Source: an uncultured archaeon
GTDB taxonomy: Archaea > Asgardarchaeota > Heimdallarchaeia > Heimdallarchaeales > Heimdallarchaeaceae
Reading direction: 5' to 3'
DNA: 64,000 nucleotides
NCBI GenBank assembly: GCA_964534625.1
Contig: CAZHRF010000010.1
Location: 1-64,000, forward strand
Position numbers and translations under genes: made by a program. The notes under the pieces are model-generated. The model had not been told where the DNA came from. It saw nothing but the letters and a program-made list of their open reading frames with translations, and made no database searches. Each line of letters opens with the position of its first letter. The first letter of the stretch is position 1. Below, in pieces: positions 28,138 through 39,287 of this stretch.

Positions 28138-28962
28138 TTATTTAGCCTCTGCAAGTATATTGGCTACTGTACGTGAAACTTCTTTCATTTTCTTAATTTT
28201 TGAGGACTTCTCTTCTTTTTCTTTTTGATATTCTGTCTCCGATAACTCACCAGTTTGATATTGAACATAGAGAACTTCCAATTTCTTTTGCAATTTCTTT
28301 AATTTTCGTTCTAAAGCATCAAATGTCTTGCGCATTTTAACAAGTTCCAAATTAAGTTTTTCTTCCAAACGGTTGACGCTCTTTTCATATTTTGTTTCCA
28401 TTTCTGTGAAAGTCGCACGACTAACTGACTTATCACGTTTAAGGGTGTTGAGTTTTTCTAGTTTAAGTCGTTCCATATTACGATCTTCAATGATTTCCTC
28501 TATAGGTAAAATCGCCTCGAAGTCATCAAAATCTTTTTCTTTTTCTTTAATCGTGGTAACTTCTTTTTTTAACTCTTTAATACGTGGTAATGCTTCTCCA
28601 CGGGGTATCAATTTATTCTGCAATCTGTCAAGGAGTTTGCTAATTTCTGTATTGACTTCTTTCTTACGTTTGAGTAATTCATTATACTCTTTCCTTTTGA
28701 GTATAACATCTGAAATTCTAGCAACTAATTCATCATCAGTAAGTTCTTTCTTTTCTTCCTCTGGTTCTTCCTTTTCTTCCTCTGGTTCTTCTATTTTTTC
28801 TTGTAAAGGCTCATATATGACACCAGTAGGAGACGAAGGATCTTCTTTAACTAGCTCTTCAATTTTTTCATCTTCAGTTTCTTGTTCTAAACGTGCACCG
28901 CATCTACGGCAAAAATTCCAATGGGATTGTACTGGATTGCGACAAAAAGGACATTCATTCAT
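28138..28962 (-). CDS. Zinc-ribbon + CdvA-like coiled-coil protein
   Basis: CPFC-x10-CRRC; acidic linker; long coiled coil with LYVQYQTGELSETEY. Confidence 0.7.
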   Translation of the reverse strand: MNECPFCRNPVQSHWNFCRRCGARLEQETEDEKIEELVKEDPSSPTGVIYEPLQEKIEEPEEEKEEPEEEKKELTDDELVARISDVILKRKEYNELLKRKKEVNTEISKLLDRLQNKLIPRGEALPRIKELKKEVTTIKEKEKDFDDFEAILPIEEIIEDRNMERLKLEKLNTLKRDKSVSRATFTEMETKYEKSVNRLEEKLNLELVKMRKTFDALERKLKKLQKKLEVLYVQYQTGELSETEYQKEKEEKSSKIKKMKEVSRTVANILAEAK

Positions 28963-29119
28963 TTTTTACACCTACCAATTTTATTAATACTACTCTTTAA
29001 ACTCAAAGTATAATTGTATATTGTGGTTCATAAAGATAACTATATAGTTTTTGCTCTTGCTTGAATATAAATTTCAATATGGAGTAAAATTCAAAAAAGG
29101 GGTAATGGTAAACGATTTA

Positions 29120-29677
29120 ATGAAAGCTGTTATTTGTTCAAAGAATCCCATCAAAATTAATGCTGTCAACCAAGCATTCTCTATGTATTTCTCAGACTTT
29201 GACTTGATTTCAATAAAGATGCCTGCCAATAATCATGGTGAAATTCTCTCTCAACCTATGTCAAGAGAAGAAACAATTGAATCAGCAATCAATAGAACTA
29301 CATATGCAAAAACCAAGGTTAATGGTGATCTCTATATAGCGTTAGAAGGAGGAATAGCCAAAGATTCACATGGAGCGTATCTAACAGGATATGTTTATAT
29401 TATTAATAAAGAAGGTAAAGACTCTCTCGCTGGTGGGTATCGTATGCCATTGCCCTTACATGTCTATAGCAAATTAGAAAAAAATCCAGATAAAGAATTA
29501 GGAGATATAATAGACCAATTATCAAATGATCACAATACAAAACAAAAAGGGGGAGCTGTTGCTCTTTTTACTAAAAATCAAATACAAAGAGAAGATGTTT
29601 TTAGGCAAGCGGTAATTTTTGCTTTGATTCCTTTCTTTTCTAAATATTGGGAAAAACAAAAGAAAAAACGATACTAG
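29120..29677 (+). CDS. yjjX: Non-canonical purine NTP phosphatase (ITPase/XTPase, YjjX family)
   Basis: SKNPIKINAV, QPM..ET..SA.NR, LEGG, ELG, KQKGGAV..FT; start moved to ATG 29120. Confidence 0.92.
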   Translation: MKAVICSKNPIKINAVNQAFSMYFSDFDLISIKMPANNHGEILSQPMSREETIESAINRTTYAKTKVNGDLYIALEGGIAKDSHGAYLTGYVYIINKEGKDSLAGGYRMPLPLHVYSKLEKNPDKELGDIIDQLSNDHNTKQKGGAVALFTKNQIQREDVFRQAVIFALIPFFSKYWEKQKKKRY

Positions 29678-29692
29678 AAATCGAGAATAAAT

Positions 29693-29720
29693 TATAAAGA
29701 GGGAGCTGCTCTTCTTTATA
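29693..29720. terminator. Strong inverted repeat after yjjX (terminator or operator)
   Basis: TATAAAGA-GG-GAGC-T-GCTC-T-TCTTTATA, 16 bp after the stop. Confidence 0.45.
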
Positions 29721-29878
29721 TATTGAATAATTTAGAGGTGTTTCAATATAACTTAACTTAATAGATATCTTGCTTTCACAACAATTCTAAGTATCTTAAA
29801 TCCTTTAAAGAAAGAAAAATAGACAAATAATAGCCTTTAAAAATGCATGACAAAGTATTTTCACAAGGTAGATACCAA

Positions 29879-30121
29879 ATGAAAGATGAAGTTGAACAAG
29901 TTTTAAATAAAATTCGCGTTGCACTCAGACAAGATGGTGGCGATATCGAATTAATAGATATCGATGAAGAAAGTGGTGTTGTAAAAGTACAATTGCAAGG
30001 AACTTGTGCAGGTTGTCCATATTCGCAAATTACTTTAACAAATTATGTTGAAAAGAATCTTAAAGAACTTGTACCTGGTGTAACAAAAGTTGTAAATGAA
30101 AATACACAAATGTCCATCTAA
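29879..30121 (+). CDS. nifU: NifU C-terminal domain (Nfu-type Fe-S carrier)
   Basis: IRxxLxQDGGDIEL...LQGTCAGCP. Confidence 0.92.
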   Translation: MKDEVEQVLNKIRVALRQDGGDIELIDIDEESGVVKVQLQGTCAGCPYSQITLTNYVEKNLKELVPGVTKVVNENTQMSI

Positions 30122-30219
30122 CATAAAATCTTTTTTTCTTATTTTCAAGTTTTTTAAGGGAAATCTTTTTTATTATGATAGTTTATGAGTTTACAATATG
30201 AATAGATGAGGAGTATCAA

Positions 30220-32757
30220 ATGGCAGAACAACTACCACCCGAGATAAGAGCACACAAAAATCGGATTAGCGCAGATTTATTAAGTTTCATTAGAGACATA
30301 GTCAAGAATGAATTAAACAATAATTCCTCAAAGGAGTTTGGGAGACTTTTATGGAATATTATCGAAGATCCAATGTTTCAGAAAGATGAAGAAATTCGTT
30401 ATTTAGCTAGTAAAATGGCGGTAATTTTCGGACAGTATGATTTATCAGTAAAAAGTATGACTACTACAAGTCGTGGTTCATTAGTTTGGGGGGCGGTAGC
30501 TCAATTTGAAATCGGAGAAGTAGAATATGCCATAAAAACACTTCAACAAGTAATAGATGAAGAAAATACCGACCTAGCTCCCCTTATAGAAGCCAATATC
30601 TGGATAATTATTCTTAAATCATTGATTGGAGATCTTACAAACCTTGAACAATATAAAAAGAATCTTGATAACATCTATACTTCTCGCAGAGCTAGGGTTA
30701 TACCCAAACAATTTAAAGTACTTAAAGACTTTGTAGAAGGGATCATTTCCCTTAATTCTATCAATAGTATTAGTGGCTATCAAAAAATAGAAGAATTTGA
30801 AAGACACTGTGCCAATCAAAAAGAAAATTTTTGGCAACTTTATGCTTTACTTATTATGGGAGAACACAAATTAGAAGCTGCTGATTTTTATACAGCGGAA
30901 ATTATCTATAAAAAAGCTGCAAAACTAGCATACAAATTGGCAAATACAACACTTCAACAGGCTGCAGAAGTAGGTAGAATTCATAATCTTTATTTAAGGG
31001 GGATGTTAAAAGAAGCAAATCTAGCTTCACAATTAACAATTAGTAAATTAGAAGGTAAATCTCAATATCATTTAGCTCGAGCTCACCTATTGAGAGGGTA
31101 TATTCTATCTAAGCTTGGACAACACTTGAAAGCAAGAGAACACTTTGAATATGCTAGTCTTTTAACTTTAAAATATAATGATATCAATAAAACGCTTCAA
31201 GCTATGCTAGCAAAAGCTGAAGACTATATTAGTACAAATGAATTGAATGAAGCAAGTAAAATTTACGATAAAGCTTACAACATGGTTCTTAATATTTCGG
31301 ATAAAAAACAGTTCATTCAAGCTCTCGTTAAAATTGTCAAAGGCGATTATCATCAAGGTAAAATAGATAGTGCATATGAAAAAATCAACAAGATAGAAAC
31401 GATGTCAGAAGAAATCCTCTATCAAAAAGGAAAAACTGATGCTTTACGATTAAGAGCACAAATTAATATTGAGAAAAACATCGATATCAAAAAGCAGATT
31501 GACACATTAAAGGCATGTAAATTTTTGTATTTAGAGATAGGCGATGTCGTCTCCAGTGCTAATTGTGATATTATTTTAGCCAAAACATATATTCATGTAT
31601 CCAAAATTGACCAAGCACAAATGCATCTTAAAAAGGCAAAAGACTATTTCATTAAGGTATCAGATAACATCCGAATTGCAGAAATCAAAGAACTGGAAAC
31701 AGAATTCGATGTTATCAAGGGTAGATATGATGAAGCCCTGGTAAAATTGAGATCATCTTATACTCGACATTCAGATGTTTTCAATAAAAGTGGCAAATCT
31801 AGATGTTTAAGGAAAATAGGCGATGTTCTGGCGTTAAAAGGGAATGTAGATGATGCTCTTACTAGATATAAAAGAGTTGAGAGAGAGTTAGTACGATCTA
31901 ATCAAATAAATGATGAGACTTTTATAACAAGAATTAACATTGCCAGAATTTACACATATAAAGGCGAGTATAGTAAAACCAAAGAAATACTTTCAAAAAT
32001 ACAAAATTCATTGAAAGAAGAAGATAAAGGATTAATAAAAATAAAAAAACAAATACTAGATAGAGAAAAAGGGCTAGTAGCATTGAGACAAGGGAAGATG
32101 GATGTCTTATATGATATTATTTCCTCATTGAAGAGTAAAAAAAGCATATCATCAACAAACCATTTAATAGAGAAATTGTATGAAGCTCTTTACTTTTATG
32201 AAGTTGGCGAAAAAGAAAAAAGTCAAGGACTTTTTAACAATTTATTAGCTGAATCTGTTGATAAACCTGACAGAGTCTCATCCACTTTTGTTTTCCTTTA
32301 TTATTTGGATAATTATTTGAAAGAACACGAACAAAAATTTAATGATGAGAATGTATTAGAACAATTTGAATCTTACATTGGTATGCTCAAAAGCTTAGCA
32401 AAAAACATCAATTTTTACCAAATTTATGGCATAACTCAATTACTTGAAATAGCTCTCGAAGTTTTAAAGGATAATCAAGATGAAGTTTTTGCATTAATTA
32501 ATAGTGCCTCTGAATATTTCAGTCAAACAGGAATCGAAACTACAAATAATTTAATATTAAATGTACAGTACAATGTTAACAAATGGTTAGGCACAAATAA
32601 TCAAATTATAGACAAATATTTCAAAACACCAGTTAATTTTGAGAGTCCAGTTGAATTATTACAATACGCATTAAATATTGGTAAAGACATAATTTGTTTG
32701 GAGAAAATAAGGTATACTAAAAACGAGATTACAGACATTCCATTTAGTGCTTTTTAG
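30220..32757 (+). CDS. Large TPR-repeat (alpha-solenoid) protein
   Basis: Repeated LxxxGxxxxxxGxxxxAxxxF/Y units of about 40 aa over about 550 aa. Confidence 0.85.
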   Translation: MAEQLPPEIRAHKNRISADLLSFIRDIVKNELNNNSSKEFGRLLWNIIEDPMFQKDEEIRYLASKMAVIFGQYDLSVKSMTTTSRGSLVWGAVAQFEIGEVEYAIKTLQQVIDEENTDLAPLIEANIWIIILKSLIGDLTNLEQYKKNLDNIYTSRRARVIPKQFKVLKDFVEGIISLNSINSISGYQKIEEFERHCANQKENFWQLYALLIMGEHKLEAADFYTAEIIYKKAAKLAYKLANTTLQQAAEVGRIHNLYLRGMLKEANLASQLTISKLEGKSQYHLARAHLLRGYILSKLGQHLKAREHFEYASLLTLKYNDINKTLQAMLAKAEDYISTNELNEASKIYDKAYNMVLNISDKKQFIQALVKIVKGDYHQGKIDSAYEKINKIETMSEEILYQKGKTDALRLRAQINIEKNIDIKKQIDTLKACKFLYLEIGDVVSSANCDIILAKTYIHVSKIDQAQMHLKKAKDYFIKVSDNIRIAEIKELETEFDVIKGRYDEALVKLRSSYTRHSDVFNKSGKSRCLRKIGDVLALKGNVDDALTRYKRVERELVRSNQINDETFITRINIARIYTYKGEYSKTKEILSKIQNSLKEEDKGLIKIKKQILDREKGLVALRQGKMDVLYDIISSLKSKKSISSTNHLIEKLYEALYFYEVGEKEKSQGLFNNLLAESVDKPDRVSSTFVFLYYLDNYLKEHEQKFNDENVLEQFESYIGMLKSLAKNINFYQIYGITQLLEIALEVLKDNQDEVFALINSASEYFSQTGIETTNNLILNVQYNVNKWLGTNNQIIDKYFKTPVNFESPVELLQYALNIGKDIICLEKIRYTKNEITDIPFSAF

Positions 32758-33550
32758 GAGTAGAAACATAGTCGTAAGAAAGTTCATTTACCTTCTTATC
32801 AATAAAGGATAGTACAAGTTGCTTTATTTGCTGTATTTCTTCGTTTTCTGGTAATAAGGCTGTTATTCGTTCTATAACTCCAGATTCTTGTAACAATTTA
32901 AACGAATAATTAAAATGCAAATTGAAGACCCAGCTCATATGTAATAGCTTTAACTCTAAAATTGTTTCAATTTGATTATAGGCTATAGTATTTCCCTTTA
33001 TTACATGATTAATAATCTCCTTAGAGCATTTATTTTCATTTTTATAATTCAAGGTTATATAATCATCATTTTCAGGTGACTCATAATTTTCAGCTAAAAT
33101 TCTCCAAATGTCTAATTTATCTGCATCTCTAATCATGCGGCAGAAAAGAAATTGTATATTGGAAAGCCCTTTACTTGGTAAATCTTTGACATTATGCAAC
33201 AGTATAGCTCGAAGAATGATACTTCTCTTTTTATAATTAAGGAAACCGAGTAAACGATTGCTTTTTAGGATGTTTACACTTAATTCTGCATGATTTACTG
33301 ATAATGTATCATCGAATGTTTTATAGGTTTTAAATTGTTGAAATCTTCCGACATCATGAAATAATCCTATGATATTAGCCATGAATTTTTCTTCACCATA
33401 AAGCCCTAGCCCTTTTGCTAATTTTTCCATATTACTTTTAACAATGAAAGAATGTTTTTCTTTTAAAAGTATGTTTCTTTGAATTACTGGATCAGTACTG
33501 TAAAATTGTTTGACATAATTAGAAAATATCTCGTCTATATCTAATCCCAT
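32744..33550 (-). CDS. HD-domain metal-dependent phosphohydrolase
   Basis: KEKHS, FHDVGRF, NHA, LHN, RDADKLD. Confidence 0.9.
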   Translation of the reverse strand: MGLDIDEIFSNYVKQFYSTDPVIQRNILLKEKHSFIVKSNMEKLAKGLGLYGEEKFMANIIGLFHDVGRFQQFKTYKTFDDTLSVNHAELSVNILKSNRLLGFLNYKKRSIILRAILLHNVKDLPSKGLSNIQFLFCRMIRDADKLDIWRILAENYESPENDDYITLNYKNENKCSKEIINHVIKGNTIAYNQIETILELKLLHMSWVFNLHFNYSFKLLQESGVIERITALLPENEEIQQIKQLVLSFIDKKVNELSYDYVSTPKKH

Positions 33551-33673
33551 AAAAATCTACCCAGAAGATTTAGCCATCAAAGTCTTGATTCAACCTATTA
33601 TCTTGATGTATTAAGTATTTCTCAATTATCATCGTTCAAAACAAGAAAAAAATCATTTAAAAATGATAATGGA

Positions 33674-34951
33674 TCACAATAATTGTCCAATATCATTTCT
33701 ATAAAAAATTTTACCTTCTATTTTAGGTACATTTTCATATGCCTTTTCTCTTGCCTTATCAAGTGTATTCCCCTCACCTACTATTGCCAATGCGCGACTC
33801 GTAGTTGTTCTTATCTTTTGTTTATCTCTATACACAGATGCAAAATATAGCTCATTTTTAAGGTCAAAAGGTATTTTCAAGTCATTATTAGGTTCGGGTT
33901 TAGTAGGATACCCTTTTGGAACGACATACACACACACAGTTGCTCTTTTCTCAAATTCGATTTCTACAAGATTATTTTCTAATATACTTTTGCAGATAGT
34001 ATTAAAACCCGTTTTCAGTAGTTTCAAAACATTTATCGCTTCTGGATCACCAAATCGTACATTAAACTCTATTAAATATATGCCTTTTTCATTTTTCATA
34101 AATTGTCCATATAATATCCCCTTGTAAGCAATACCCGTTTCCTCTTTAATTGCTTTAATAGTATGTCTAAGAATAGACATTGCTTTCGCCATGTCCTTCT
34201 CGTCTATAAAAGGCAAATTATGGGCAGGTAAAGAATATGAACCCATGCTTCCAGTATTTGGGCCTTGTTCATTATCATAAGCACGTTTGTAATCACGAAC
34301 AAGGGGCATTATTTGAAGGTTTTTTCCGTCTGTAAAAGCTTGTAAAGAAAACTCTTTTCCTATAACTTTCTCCTCAATTAAAAAGGAAGCGTGTTTTTCT
34401 AGTACTTGTTCCGCATATTTCACTAACGCTTCTTTTGTTTGAAAATGATCTCCGTAAACTTTTACTCCTTTTCCTCCAGTTAAACCATCAGGTTTAATAG
34501 CAACTTCTAATCCTAGTTTGTCAATAGCTGTATCCAGCATAGATAGATTATTACAAACAAAAAAGTTGGGATTACCATTTATTGAATGTTTTTTGAGTAA
34601 CTCACGTGCAAAAACTTTACTAGTTTCTATTTTTGCTACAGATTTCCTTGGACCACACGTAGGTATGTGTAATTTATCCTCAAGATAATCAACTATCCCT
34701 TCTGCCAATGGTGCTTCTGGACCAATAAAGGCATAATCTATATTTTCCATAAAACCACAATTTTTCAAACATTCAAAATTGTTTAAATCATCAATGACAT
34801 ATTCATTTGACAGATTGGCTATTCCCGGATTTTCTCTTGACATGAATGAATACAATACTCCATTATCCTCTACTATTTTTTTAGCTACTGCATGCTCTCT
34901 TGCTCCATTTCCTACCAATAATACTCTATATACCATCTTATGCACCTTCAT
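33674..34951 (-). CDS. purD: Phosphoribosylamine-glycine ligase
   Basis: GNGAREHA, GPEAPL, GLTGGKGV, GPNTGSMG, EFNVRFGDPE. Confidence 0.96.
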   Translation of the reverse strand: MKVHKMVYRVLLVGNGAREHAVAKKIVEDNGVLYSFMSRENPGIANLSNEYVIDDLNNFECLKNCGFMENIDYAFIGPEAPLAEGIVDYLEDKLHIPTCGPRKSVAKIETSKVFARELLKKHSINGNPNFFVCNNLSMLDTAIDKLGLEVAIKPDGLTGGKGVKVYGDHFQTKEALVKYAEQVLEKHASFLIEEKVIGKEFSLQAFTDGKNLQIMPLVRDYKRAYDNEQGPNTGSMGSYSLPAHNLPFIDEKDMAKAMSILRHTIKAIKEETGIAYKGILYGQFMKNEKGIYLIEFNVRFGDPEAINVLKLLKTGFNTICKSILENNLVEIEFEKRATVCVYVVPKGYPTKPEPNNDLKIPFDLKNELYFASVYRDKQKIRTTTSRALAIVGEGNTLDKAREKAYENVPKIEGKIFYRNDIGQLL

Positions 34952-36332
34952 AATGACTTCTTGACTTTAACTCCCCATTCAAATATTTTATCCGTATCTC
35001 TTCAGCATATGGAGTGGGGTAGCTCCCTGACAAACAAGCTGTACAGAGATCAGTATTTTTTATTGCTTTTTTTAGATCTTCTATTTTTTGATAATAAATA
35101 TTATCTACATTAAGAATCTTCTTTATTTCTTCTAATGTATTACCAGAACCAATTAATTCTTTATCTGATGTAATATCAATACCATAATAACAAGGATATC
35201 TTACCGCGGGGCAGGTTACTCCAAAAAAAATCTTTTTTGCTCCCATTGCTCTCAAGTCAGCTACAATCTTTTTGCTTGTAACTCCCCTTACAATTGAATC
35301 ATCTATAACAAGAATATTTTTATCCTTAATAAAAGAAGGAATATATAAATACTTCCTTTTGGCCGCTTTAGAGCGTTCTTTATCACTTTTCATAATGAAC
35401 GTTCTCTGAAGATATCTGTTTTTGATTATTGCCTCTCTTACTGGTATGTTCAAAACTTCAGATAAACCTTGACAAGCGGGACGAGAGGTATCTGGTACAG
35501 GGACAAGATAATCGAGATCTAAATTGTCTTCTTTTATCCGCTCTCCTAGTATTTTACCTAATACGATCCTTGCTTGATAAACAAGTCTTCCCTCAATAAT
35601 TGAAGTTGGGTTAGCAAAGTAAACATATTCAAACATACAATGAGCATGATCCCGAATTAACTTTTGTTCTTTTTCTTCATGTTTAGTAAAAAGGATAAGC
35701 TCACCAGGATTTACATCCCTAAAATGCATTATACCCATATTCTGAAGTACAACGCTTTCGGAGGCTGCGATAGTGAGTTTTGCATTTCTACCTATAACCA
35801 AAGGTCTTATACCTCGAGGATCCCGAAACGTGAATATTTGATCATTTAATATGCCAATTATAGAATAACTCCCATCAACCAATTCCATAAAGGTTTTTAC
35901 TGCTTGAGATAAATTCCCCTCACTACTATCAATTTGTTTTCCCAAGTAATCGACAATAAAATTCGCATCACATTCATATCTTTTGTCTGATAATTGGCTA
36001 ATATTAGCTATATTCCCATTATGAACAATGCCTAATATACCATACTTAGTTTTTTTTACAAAAGGTTGAGCATAAAGATCAATGTTACTACTATCTGTAC
36101 GAGTACCATAAGTAGGATAACGCGTTGATCCAATAACTTGATTTACTTGTTCTGATTCATCGATGTTTAATAAATCAGGATATCCATCTACTTTAGTAAC
36201 CTTTATTTTGTTTTTACTGTTGTGGTTCCAAGCAAGACCAGATGCATCTTGTCCTCTATGGGTTAACATTTGTAAGAGGATCCTAGCTTGTCCGAGTGTA
36301 GTTGAACCTTTTATCCCTAAAACACCACACAT
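34938..36332 (-). CDS. purF: Amidophosphoribosyltransferase (Fe-S type)
   Basis: N-terminal MCG, HRGQD, RYPT, HNGN, CMFEYVYFA, DDSIVRG, CYYG, CTAC. Confidence 0.96.
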   Translation of the reverse strand: MCGVLGIKGSTTLGQARILLQMLTHRGQDASGLAWNHNSKNKIKVTKVDGYPDLLNIDESEQVNQVIGSTRYPTYGTRTDSSNIDLYAQPFVKKTKYGILGIVHNGNIANISQLSDKRYECDANFIVDYLGKQIDSSEGNLSQAVKTFMELVDGSYSIIGILNDQIFTFRDPRGIRPLVIGRNAKLTIAASESVVLQNMGIMHFRDVNPGELILFTKHEEKEQKLIRDHAHCMFEYVYFANPTSIIEGRLVYQARIVLGKILGERIKEDNLDLDYLVPVPDTSRPACQGLSEVLNIPVREAIIKNRYLQRTFIMKSDKERSKAAKRKYLYIPSFIKDKNILVIDDSIVRGVTSKKIVADLRAMGAKKIFFGVTCPAVRYPCYYGIDITSDKELIGSGNTLEEIKKILNVDNIYYQKIEDLKKAIKNTDLCTACLSGSYPTPYAEEIRIKYLNGELKSRSHYEGA

Positions 36333-36941
36333 TTACTTTTTCACCTTAACTTTTCTATTTTTAATAATTTGTAGTTTTCCTGTTGAGAGTAGTTTAATTG
36401 CTTGAGGAAAGAGTTTATGTTCTTCTATCAATATTCTTGTAGCCAGTGATTTTTCAGTATCATTCTCTTTAACTTCAACACATTTCTGCAAAATAATTGG
36501 ACCACCATCAACAGTTTCATTCACAAAATGTACGGTACATCCACTAACTTTAACGCCATAGTCTAATGCTTGTTTTTGGGCATGAAGACCCGGAAAAGCG
36601 GGCAAAAGAGAGGGATGTATGTTTATAATTCGTCCTTCAAAGTTTCTTACAAACATCCCAGATAAAATACGCATAAAACCAGCTAAGACTATTAATTCAA
36701 TATCATTATCTTGCAAGACTTTAATTAATTCCGTATCGTATTCTTCTCGATTTTTAAAAGTTGATTGGTCAATAATTATTTTGTCTTTTTGAAATATTTT
36801 TGCATATTGAAGTCCTTTGGCTTCTGGATTATTTGATATAACTAATTCTATACTAGCTTGACCTATCTTACCTTCCTTTTCAGCTTCTAATATTGCTTTA
36901 AGATTTGATCCTCGACCAGAAATTAAAACTGCTGTTTTCAT
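36333..36941 (-). CDS. purN: Phosphoribosylglycinamide formyltransferase (folate-dependent)
   Basis: SGRGSNL, LAGFMRIL, NIHPSLLP, GCTVHFV..VDGGPII. Confidence 0.97.
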   Translation of the reverse strand: MKTAVLISGRGSNLKAILEAEKEGKIGQASIELVISNNPEAKGLQYAKIFQKDKIIIDQSTFKNREEYDTELIKVLQDNDIELIVLAGFMRILSGMFVRNFEGRIINIHPSLLPAFPGLHAQKQALDYGVKVSGCTVHFVNETVDGGPIILQKCVEVKENDTEKSLATRILIEEHKLFPQAIKLLSTGKLQIIKNRKVKVKK

Positions 36942-37993
36942 TATATTGACCTCTCAATTGTTACATTATAATCATTTATTTTGACAATGGGTTCATCTAT
37001 TATTGTACCCAAAGGATATGATTCAAAGTGTTTATTTAATAGAGAGAGAGCATTTTGTTCACTTTCTTCAGATACAATTACCATGAACCCTATACCCATA
37101 TTGAAGGTAGTAAACATTTCTCTGTAATCTATCCTTCCAATTTGTTGTATTTCAGAAAAAATTAATGGAGGATTAGGAAAATGTTTGAATTCAAACCCTA
37201 GATTAGTTAGTCTAAATAATTTTTTGAATCCTCCACCAGTTATATGGGCAAGACCATGGACATCACAAGAATCTAATAACTCAGATATTGCTTTAACATA
37301 AATGCGTGTGGGTTTTAATAGTTCTTCATATAATTTTCCGCCACCCGGAATTACATCAGTTAATTTATATTTCTGTAACAACACTTTTCTAGCTAGTGTA
37401 AAACCATTCGAATGAATACCATTACTAGAAATACCCAAGATAGAATCTCCAGTTTTAACCTTTGTTCCATCAATGATTTTACTGAGATGTACAATCCCTA
37501 GTGCAGTTCCTGCCACATCAAAACTATTTTCTTTTTCAGCTAACAACTCAGGAATAGTGGCAAGTTCTCCCCCCAAAATCGGAATAGAAGCTAACTCACA
37601 ACCCTTATAGAGCCCTTTCATTATTTCTTCAGCTAACTCAACATTTAGCTCTGAAACAGCAAGGTAATCAACAAAAGCTTTAGGGATAATGCCCATAGCC
37701 AAAAGATCGTTGACATTCATAGCAACGCAATCAATACCGATAGTATCAAATTTTTTTATTTGTTGAGCTATCAGTAATTTTGTACCTACTCCATCTGTAG
37801 CCAAAGCTATACCATGATCGCCTAGTTTAATTAAATTTGCATAATGACCTTCTGCTGCAATAACATTACCAAATGCAAAAGATTTTTTTACATATTGGTT
37901 GATCGAAGATAAAACTTTTGCTTCTTCTGATAAATCTATACCAGCTTCTGCATAACTAGAGGGGATAGGTTTTTCTTCACTCATTCTTTGCAC
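36941..37993 (-). CDS. purM: AIR synthetase
   Basis: TDGVGTK, DCVAMNVND, GGE, SNGIHSNG, AHITGGG, FNMGIG. Confidence 0.97.
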   Translation of the reverse strand: MQRMSEEKPIPSSYAEAGIDLSEEAKVLSSINQYVKKSFAFGNVIAAEGHYANLIKLGDHGIALATDGVGTKLLIAQQIKKFDTIGIDCVAMNVNDLLAMGIIPKAFVDYLAVSELNVELAEEIMKGLYKGCELASIPILGGELATIPELLAEKENSFDVAGTALGIVHLSKIIDGTKVKTGDSILGISSNGIHSNGFTLARKVLLQKYKLTDVIPGGGKLYEELLKPTRIYVKAISELLDSCDVHGLAHITGGGFKKLFRLTNLGFEFKHFPNPPLIFSEIQQIGRIDYREMFTTFNMGIGFMVIVSEESEQNALSLLNKHFESYPLGTIIDEPIVKINDYNVTIERSI

Positions 37994-39287
37994 TCCTGTT
38001 CAATTTGTGTATGAAACTATCAACTACTTCTGATGCTAATCCTACGTAATTCATAGGATCAAGAATATAGTCAATTTCTTCATCAGAGAAGTACTCCATA
38101 ATCTGTTCATTTTGCTTAACCGCATTAGCAAAATCGCTTTCTTTTGATAATCTTTTTAGCAGGAAATGAGCTTTTTGTCTCCCAATTTTGTCACTCAGTT
38201 TAATCATTAAGTGTTCTGCGCATTGTGCACCATCTTGATAATATAGATTATGTCTTATATTTTCAATATTGAAATTAAGAGATTTAAGTACTTTAATCAT
38301 CTCAAGAATTATAAAATGGGTTAATATTGATGATTCTGACAATAAAATGCGTTCAGAACTCGAGTTAGTCAAATCTCTTTCATGTTCTAAAATAATATTC
38401 TCAAGTGCAACAGATATTCCTGATCGAATATTCCTCGCTAAACCACATATCCTCTCACTTTTTTCGGGATTCTTTTTTTGAGGCATAGTTGACGATCCAA
38501 CTTGTTTTGAGATAAATGATTCTCCGATTTCATTAATTTCTGTTCTCTGCAAATTTCTTATTTCCCTTCCAAAATGAGCCAATACAGTTGCTATTAGTCC
38601 TAAAGCCATTACATATCTAGCGTGTACCACCCGGGAAACAACTTGAGTTGTTACATCTTGCTTTTTAAGATCTAGTTTATCTAAAACATACGTTTCTATC
38701 TCTTTCGTTCCATAGGATGCGTATGTACCAACAGCCCCAGATATTTTTCCATAAGCTACTTTTGCATCAATTAGTTGTTGTTTAGCTAAAAGTAATTCAT
38801 TTAAAAAATTTGCAAATTTCATTCCATATGTGGTTGGAACAGCATGTTGACCATGAGTTCTGCCTATACAAACTAGATCCTTGTATTTGAGAGCTAATCT
38901 TTTTGTAACATCAACCAACTCATCTAAAGCATCTAGAATTGTTTTTCTGGCTTCTTTTAATTGTAATGCTCTTACAGTATCTTGAATATCATATGAAGTG
39001 GCCCCAAGATGTATATATCCCCCATAATCCTCACACTGTTCTGCTATAGCTAAAACAACTGCCATCATATCATGATGAATATCTGCTTCAATCTCCTTTG
39101 CCCTATCAAGTTTAACATGTTCAGGGGTACATTTCTTTTTAATAATCTTAATAGCAGCCTCAGGAATCTTTCCTGCATTATAGTTAGCCTCAGCTAATGT
39201 CTTCTCCACCAATAATTGATATTTAAATTTTCTTTTGGTAGAAAAAACCTCATTCAGACTTGTAGTATATCTTTCAATTTCAAGCAT
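37977..39287 (-). CDS. purB: Adenylosuccinate lyase
   Basis: [37 protein letters not shown]. Confidence 0.97.
   Translation of the reverse strand: MLEIERYTTSLNEVFSTKRKFKYQLLVEKTLAEANYNAGKIPEAAIKIIKKKCTPEHVKLDRAKEIEADIHHDMMAVVLAIAEQCEDYGGYIHLGATSYDIQDTVRALQLKEARKTILDALDELVDVTKRLALKYKDLVCIGRTHGQHAVPTTYGMKFANFLNELLLAKQQLIDAKVAYGKISGAVGTYASYGTKEIETYVLDKLDLKKQDVTTQVVSRVVHARYVMALGLIATVLAHFGREIRNLQRTEINEIGESFISKQVGSSTMPQKKNPEKSERICGLARNIRSGISVALENIILEHERDLTNSSSERILLSESSILTHFIILEMIKVLKSLNFNIENIRHNLYYQDGAQCAEHLMIKLSDKIGRQKAHFLLKRLSKESDFANAVKQNEQIMEYFSDEEIDYILDPMNYVGLASEVVDSFIHKLNRSAKNE

Noticed and set aside
28328-28987. 219-aa plus-strand ORF
   Set aside because: Ser/Phe/Leu-rich antisense shadow of the Glu/Lys-rich coiled-coil gene
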